Source: an uncultured Chitinophagales bacterium (lineage in GTDB: Bacteria > Bacteroidota > Bacteroidia > Chitinophagales > UBA2359). Taken from it: a stretch of DNA of 10,412 bases. Position numbers and translations under genes: made by a program. The first letter of the stretch is position 1. Each line of letters opens with the position of its first letter. The stretch covers positions 1 through 10,412 of the forward strand of contig CALFBW010000307.1 of the NCBI GenBank assembly GCA_937951415.1. The letters run 5' to 3'. The notes beneath the pieces were generated by a model. That model did no database searches, was not told the origin of the DNA, and saw only the letters and a list, made by a program, of their open reading frames with translations. Positions 7,434 through 10,412 of this stretch are shown here, piece by piece.

Positions 7434-8753
7434 TTACGCTCGCGCTTCCAAACCCCCATACAAAGAAGCAGTAGATTCATTCTTCATCGGAATCACACCC
7501 ATCGTAAAGGCAGCCACTACGGCAATAGAAAGAATGAAATAAATAGCTAGAATATAGTTCTCATACAAACCTGTATTTATTCCAAACCAATTGCCATAAA
7601 CGTACAAGATGCCGATTCCGAAAACGGACTTAAATACTTCGAAAAACAAAGCAACTCGCTCATTGTCCATCAAGGAACAATAGGCATAAATTAAGCTAAA
7701 TATAAATGCTCCGTAAACAAAGAGACTTGGAAAACCAATGGCGCTAAAGTTGTACAAAACATGCGCTAAGAATAAATTAGTCAGGATAAATTGAATCCAA
7801 GTCCATGCAGTTAAATAGCTGGAAGGATTGTTGTCGTATTTCACATGTGTATAAGGATCGTCAATTCCTTGAACTGGGTATTTCTCCTTTACATCTTCCG
7901 GTCGCCAGCCAGTAGGCATAAACCAAATACGGGCTTTGTCCCACCAACTTTCTGCACGCCAAGCATCTTTTATTAAGCCCCAAACATGTTGGTAATTAAT
8001 TCTTATCGGATTCCAGGTTTCTGGTGCTTTTAATACTCCATAAACGCAAGGCACATCGTCGAGCTCTTCTTGGAAAGTGCCGAACATTCGATCCCAAATG
8101 CAAAAAACCGCCGATAAATTTTTGTCGATATATTCGGCGTTGATGGCATGATGCACTCTGTGCTGAGAAGGGGTTACGATAATGTACTCTAGAAAACCTA
8201 ATTTGGGAATGTGGCGTGTGTGATACCAGAATTGCATAAATAAATGCAGCGGCGCAATTACCGCTATCACCTTTGCAGGAACACCTACTATGGCAGCGGG
8301 AATCAAGAATATGGCGCTAAAACCAATCGTTTCAGAAATCTCTTGTCTCAAGGCACAAGGCAAATTGAATTCCTCGCTGCTGTGATGAATCATATGGCGG
8401 TTCCAGAAAATATTCATGTAATGACTCAATCGATGCGAACAATAAGAGGCAAAATCGATGGCAACAAAACCTACTAAGTACATCCATATTTCGCTCTCCA
8501 TTTGCATAAAAGCAATACGGTCCACCAAAAACTCATAACTAAGCACCACGATCAGAAGACCGAGCAGATTGACCAAAGTATTCGTCATTCCCGAGCTCAA
8601 ACTAGAAATCGTGTCCATAGTCCGTAAGGTCTGATGGCCCTTCCACCAACCGTACAGAAATTCAATCAAGATCAACACGAAAAAGAAAGGCACTGCATAC
8701 AGCAATACATTGGCGTAGGTTTCCATAGCTCTTAAAATAGAAAAAATGGGCAT
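7434..8753 (-). CDS. Fatty-acid hydroxylase / sterol desaturase family integral membrane protein (di-iron His-box enzyme) with an additional C-terminal multi-transmembrane extension, about 440 aa
   Basis: Three histidine boxes typical of the family are present: HRLSH (HX3H), HMIHH (HX2HH) and HRVHH (HX2HH). They are embedded in hydrophobic helices in the N-terminal roughly 230 aa. The remaining roughly 200 aa has several more predicted transmembrane helices (NLFLAHVLYNFSAIGF, LFVYGAFIFSLIYAY, FGIGILYVYGNWFG, ILAIYFILSIAVVAAFTMGVI). Stop TAA is the reverse complement of 7434-7436. The start is ambiguous: the ORF runs to GTG at 8762, with TTG at 8756 and ATG at 8753 in frame. I chose the ATG; the six-frame track uses 8762. 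Confidence 0.85.
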   Translation of the reverse strand: MPIFSILRAMETYANVLLYAVPFFFVLILIEFLYGWWKGHQTLRTMDTISSLSSGMTNTLVNLLGLLIVVLSYEFLVDRIAFMQMESEIWMYLVGFVAIDFASYCSHRLSHYMNIFWNRHMIHHSSEEFNLPCALRQEISETIGFSAIFLIPAAIVGVPAKVIAVIAPLHLFMQFWYHTRHIPKLGFLEYIIVTPSQHRVHHAINAEYIDKNLSAVFCIWDRMFGTFQEELDDVPCVYGVLKAPETWNPIRINYQHVWGLIKDAWRAESWWDKARIWFMPTGWRPEDVKEKYPVQGIDDPYTHVKYDNNPSSYLTAWTWIQFILTNLFLAHVLYNFSAIGFPSLFVYGAFIFSLIYAYCSLMDNERVALFFEVFKSVFGIGILYVYGNWFGINTGLYENYILAIYFILSIAVVAAFTMGVIPMKNESTASLYGGLEARA

Positions 8754-8760
8754 CAAATGC

Positions 8761-8799
8761 ACTTATCCGCACAGCTAAATCCAAACTTTTGCGATAAGT
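8761..8799. promoter_or_regulatory. Imperfect palindrome in the divergent desaturase/topB intergenic region: a candidate operator or a 5'-UTR hairpin
   Basis: acttatc-c-gc (8761-8770) pairs with gcgataagt (8791-8799), giving 9 bp with one bulged base and a 20-nt spacer. It sits at or just upstream of the desaturase start codon on the minus-strand mRNA, inside the 125-bp divergent promoter region. Confidence 0.25.
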
Positions 8800-8887
8800 A
8801 TTCGCATTTATTACCAATTCAAGGACAACTGATCTTATTCTCAGCATAAAAGAAGTCCAAAGCATATCTTTATGGAAAGCTGAAGAA

Positions 8888-10412
8888 TTGAAAGTCTGCA
8901 TTGCGGAAAAGCCAAGTGTCGCGCGAGAAATCGCCTTTATTCTCGGGGCTAGCCAACGAAAAGATGGCTATCTGGAAGGAAACGGCTATGCTGTTACTTG
9001 GACCTTTGGGCATTTTTGTGGCTTAAAAGCTCCCGACGATTATCGAGCAGATTGGAAGAAGTGGGATCTCCACAGTTTACCCATGCTACCCGAAAAGTTT
9101 GAAACTAAACTAATGAAGGACAAAGGCGTGCGCAAGCAATTTGCCGTCATCAAAAAACTCTTCCAATCAGCCAGTCTGGTCATTAACTGTGGTGATGCTG
9201 GTCAAGAAGGCGAACTCATTCAACGATGGGTAATCAAGGAAAGCAAGTACAAAGGTCCTGTGCAGCGCTTGTGGATTTCTTCCTTAACTGCCGAATCTAT
9301 CCGAAAGGGATTTCAGAATCTAAAAAATGCTGCTGATTATGACGATTTGTTTTTTGCTGGCAGCGCGCGAGCCATCGGCGATTGGTTGTTGGGAATGAAT
9401 GCCACGCGCTTATATACTTTAAAGTATGGTGGCTACAAACAAGTTTTATCGGTAGGTCGCGTGCAAACCCCTACCCTTGCCATGATCGTAAAACGGCACT
9501 GGGAAATTGAGCGTTTTGTTTCAAAGCCATTTTGGGAATTAAAGACCATTTATAGAGGAACTAGTTTCCAATTGATTAGCGGAAAATTCGACAAAAAGGA
9601 AGATGGAGAAGCGATCCTAAAAAAGATAACTGGACAGCCGTTTGTTATTTTGTCGGTCCAAAAGAAACCTGGTAAAGAATACGCGAAAAGGCTTTTCGAC
9701 TTGACGGGTTTACAAGTTTATTGCAACAGTCGCTTTGGTTTCAGTGCCGATAAGACCCTCAAAATTGCGCAAAAACTTTACGAGCAAAAACTCATTACTT
9801 ATCCCAGAGTTGATACCACTTATTTACCCAATGATGTTTATCCCAAATGCCCCGGGATATTGCAAAAAATGACGCAATATGCAAAGTTTACGGCTCCTTT
9901 AGCGAACAGCAAATTGCGCAAACCAAAACGTGTTTTTGATGATAAAAAGATCACCGATCATCACGCCATTATTCCTACTGGTTACGAATCGCATTTAACG
10001 GCTGATTTTCAAAAAGTTTATGATATAATTGCTCGGAGATTCATTGCCATTTTTTATCCTGACTGTGAATTCAATACTACGGAGGTAAAAGGAGAAACCG
10101 CAAAATTGAAATTCAAAACAACAGGCAAGGAAATTACAAAGGAAGGTTGGAAGGTGCTATTTCCCAAAAAGAAAAACACGAATTCGGATAATAAAAAAGA
10201 AGGCGCCTCTAACAAAAAGGACGAAGACGAAAAGATACTTCCGAGTTTTGTCGTTGGGGAAAGTGGTCCACACAAACCACATTTGAGCGAAGGAAAAACA
10301 CATCCACCGAAATACCATACAGAAGCCACTTTACTGAAGGCTATGGAAACAGCAGGAAAGGTGGTGGACGATGAAGAGTTGAGCGCCTTGATGAAAGAAA
10401 ACGGCATTGGCC
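8888..10412 (+). CDS. topB: DNA topoisomerase III (type IA), N-terminal roughly 508 aa; the 3' end runs beyond the window
   Basis: The translation LKVCIAEKPSVAREIAFILG...GYAVTWTFGHFCGLKAPDDY matches the Toprim N-terminus of TopB (E. coli has MRLFIAEKPSLARAIADVL). The Toprim acidic Glu lies in IAEKPS, and DxD-like CGDAGQEGE is present. The active-site Tyr lies in the KLITYPRVDTTYLP motif (tat at 9800-9802), and DDKKITDHHAIIPT is a TopB signature. The frame is open from an in-frame TAA at 8795-8797 with no in-frame ATG before 9074, so the start is assigned to TTG at 8888 (L/M-KVCIAEKPS). The frame stays open to the window edge. Confidence 0.9.
   Translation, partial: MKVCIAEKPSVAREIAFILGASQRKDGYLEGNGYAVTWTFGHFCGLKAPDDYRADWKKWDLHSLPMLPEKFETKLMKDKGVRKQFAVIKKLFQSASLVINCGDAGQEGELIQRWVIKESKYKGPVQRLWISSLTAESIRKGFQNLKNAADYDDLFFAGSARAIGDWLLGMNATRLYTLKYGGYKQVLSVGRVQTPTLAMIVKRHWEIERFVSKPFWELKTIYRGTSFQLISGKFDKKEDGEAILKKITGQPFVILSVQKKPGKEYAKRLFDLTGLQVYCNSRFGFSADKTLKIAQKLYEQKLITYPRVDTTYLPNDVYPKCPGILQKMTQYAKFTAPLANSKLRKPKRVFDDKKITDHHAIIPTGYESHLTADFQKVYDIIARRFIAIFYPDCEFNTTEVKGETAKLKFKTTGKEITKEGWKVLFPKKKNTNSDNKKEGASNKKDEDEKILPSFVVGESGPHKPHLSEGKTHPPKYHTEATLLKAMETAGKVVDDEELSALMKENGIG

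Noticed and set aside
8244-8901. ORFs 8244-8477 (+) and 8662-8901 (-) overlapping the desaturase gene or the divergent intergenic region
   Set aside because: The first is antisense to the His-box coding region. The second is an out-of-frame overlap with the desaturase N-terminus that extends into the promoter region. Neither has support beyond being open.
10054-10407. A 117-aa minus-strand ORF inside topB
   Set aside because: It is antisense to a strongly supported topoisomerase III coding sequence and is a shadow ORF.
8888-10412. topB as a marker of a conjugative transposon or integrative element (Exc-like topoisomerase III of CTnDOT-type elements)
   Set aside because: The window has no integrase, relaxase, tra genes, IS elements, direct repeats or compositional shift. 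A chromosomal housekeeping topB is the simpler reading.

Overview
This 10.4 kb window looks chromosomal and ordinary in composition (about 40% GC, no IS elements, CRISPR arrays or tRNAs). It holds five protein-coding units. (1) Bases 1-102 on + are the last 33 codons of an upstream gene that runs off the window. (2) 129-2258 on + is a 709-aa FloT/YqiK-type flotillin with an N-terminal transmembrane helix, an SPFH/Band-7 domain and an unusually long Glu/Ala-rich coiled coil. (3) 2366-7243 on + is a 1625-aa soluble protein made of a roughly 470-aa N-terminal domain of unknown function, about 800 aa of helical or coiled-coil sequence, and a C-proximal MoxR/McrB-clade AAA+ P-loop module. (4) 7434-8753/8762 on - is a 440-aa polytopic membrane protein of the fatty-acid hydroxylase / sterol desaturase family with three His boxes and an extra C-terminal multi-transmembrane extension, convergent on gene 3. 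(5) 8888-10412 on + is the 5' two-thirds of DNA topoisomerase III (topB), starting at TTG and running off the window. None of the starts has a Shine-Dalgarno sequence, and the upstream regions are A-rich. Taken together with the gene content, this suggests a Bacteroidota-like host, which is inference only. The most interesting feature is the co-directional flotillin + giant coiled-coil AAA+ ATPase pair. The two genes are 107 bp apart with only a GC-rich stem-loop between them, and the pair reads like a membrane-microdomain-anchored ATPase machine. I cannot name it as a characterised system. Functional assignments for the flotillin, the desaturase-family protein and topB rest on clear motif matches. 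The function of the giant protein and of the module as a whole is hypothesis.
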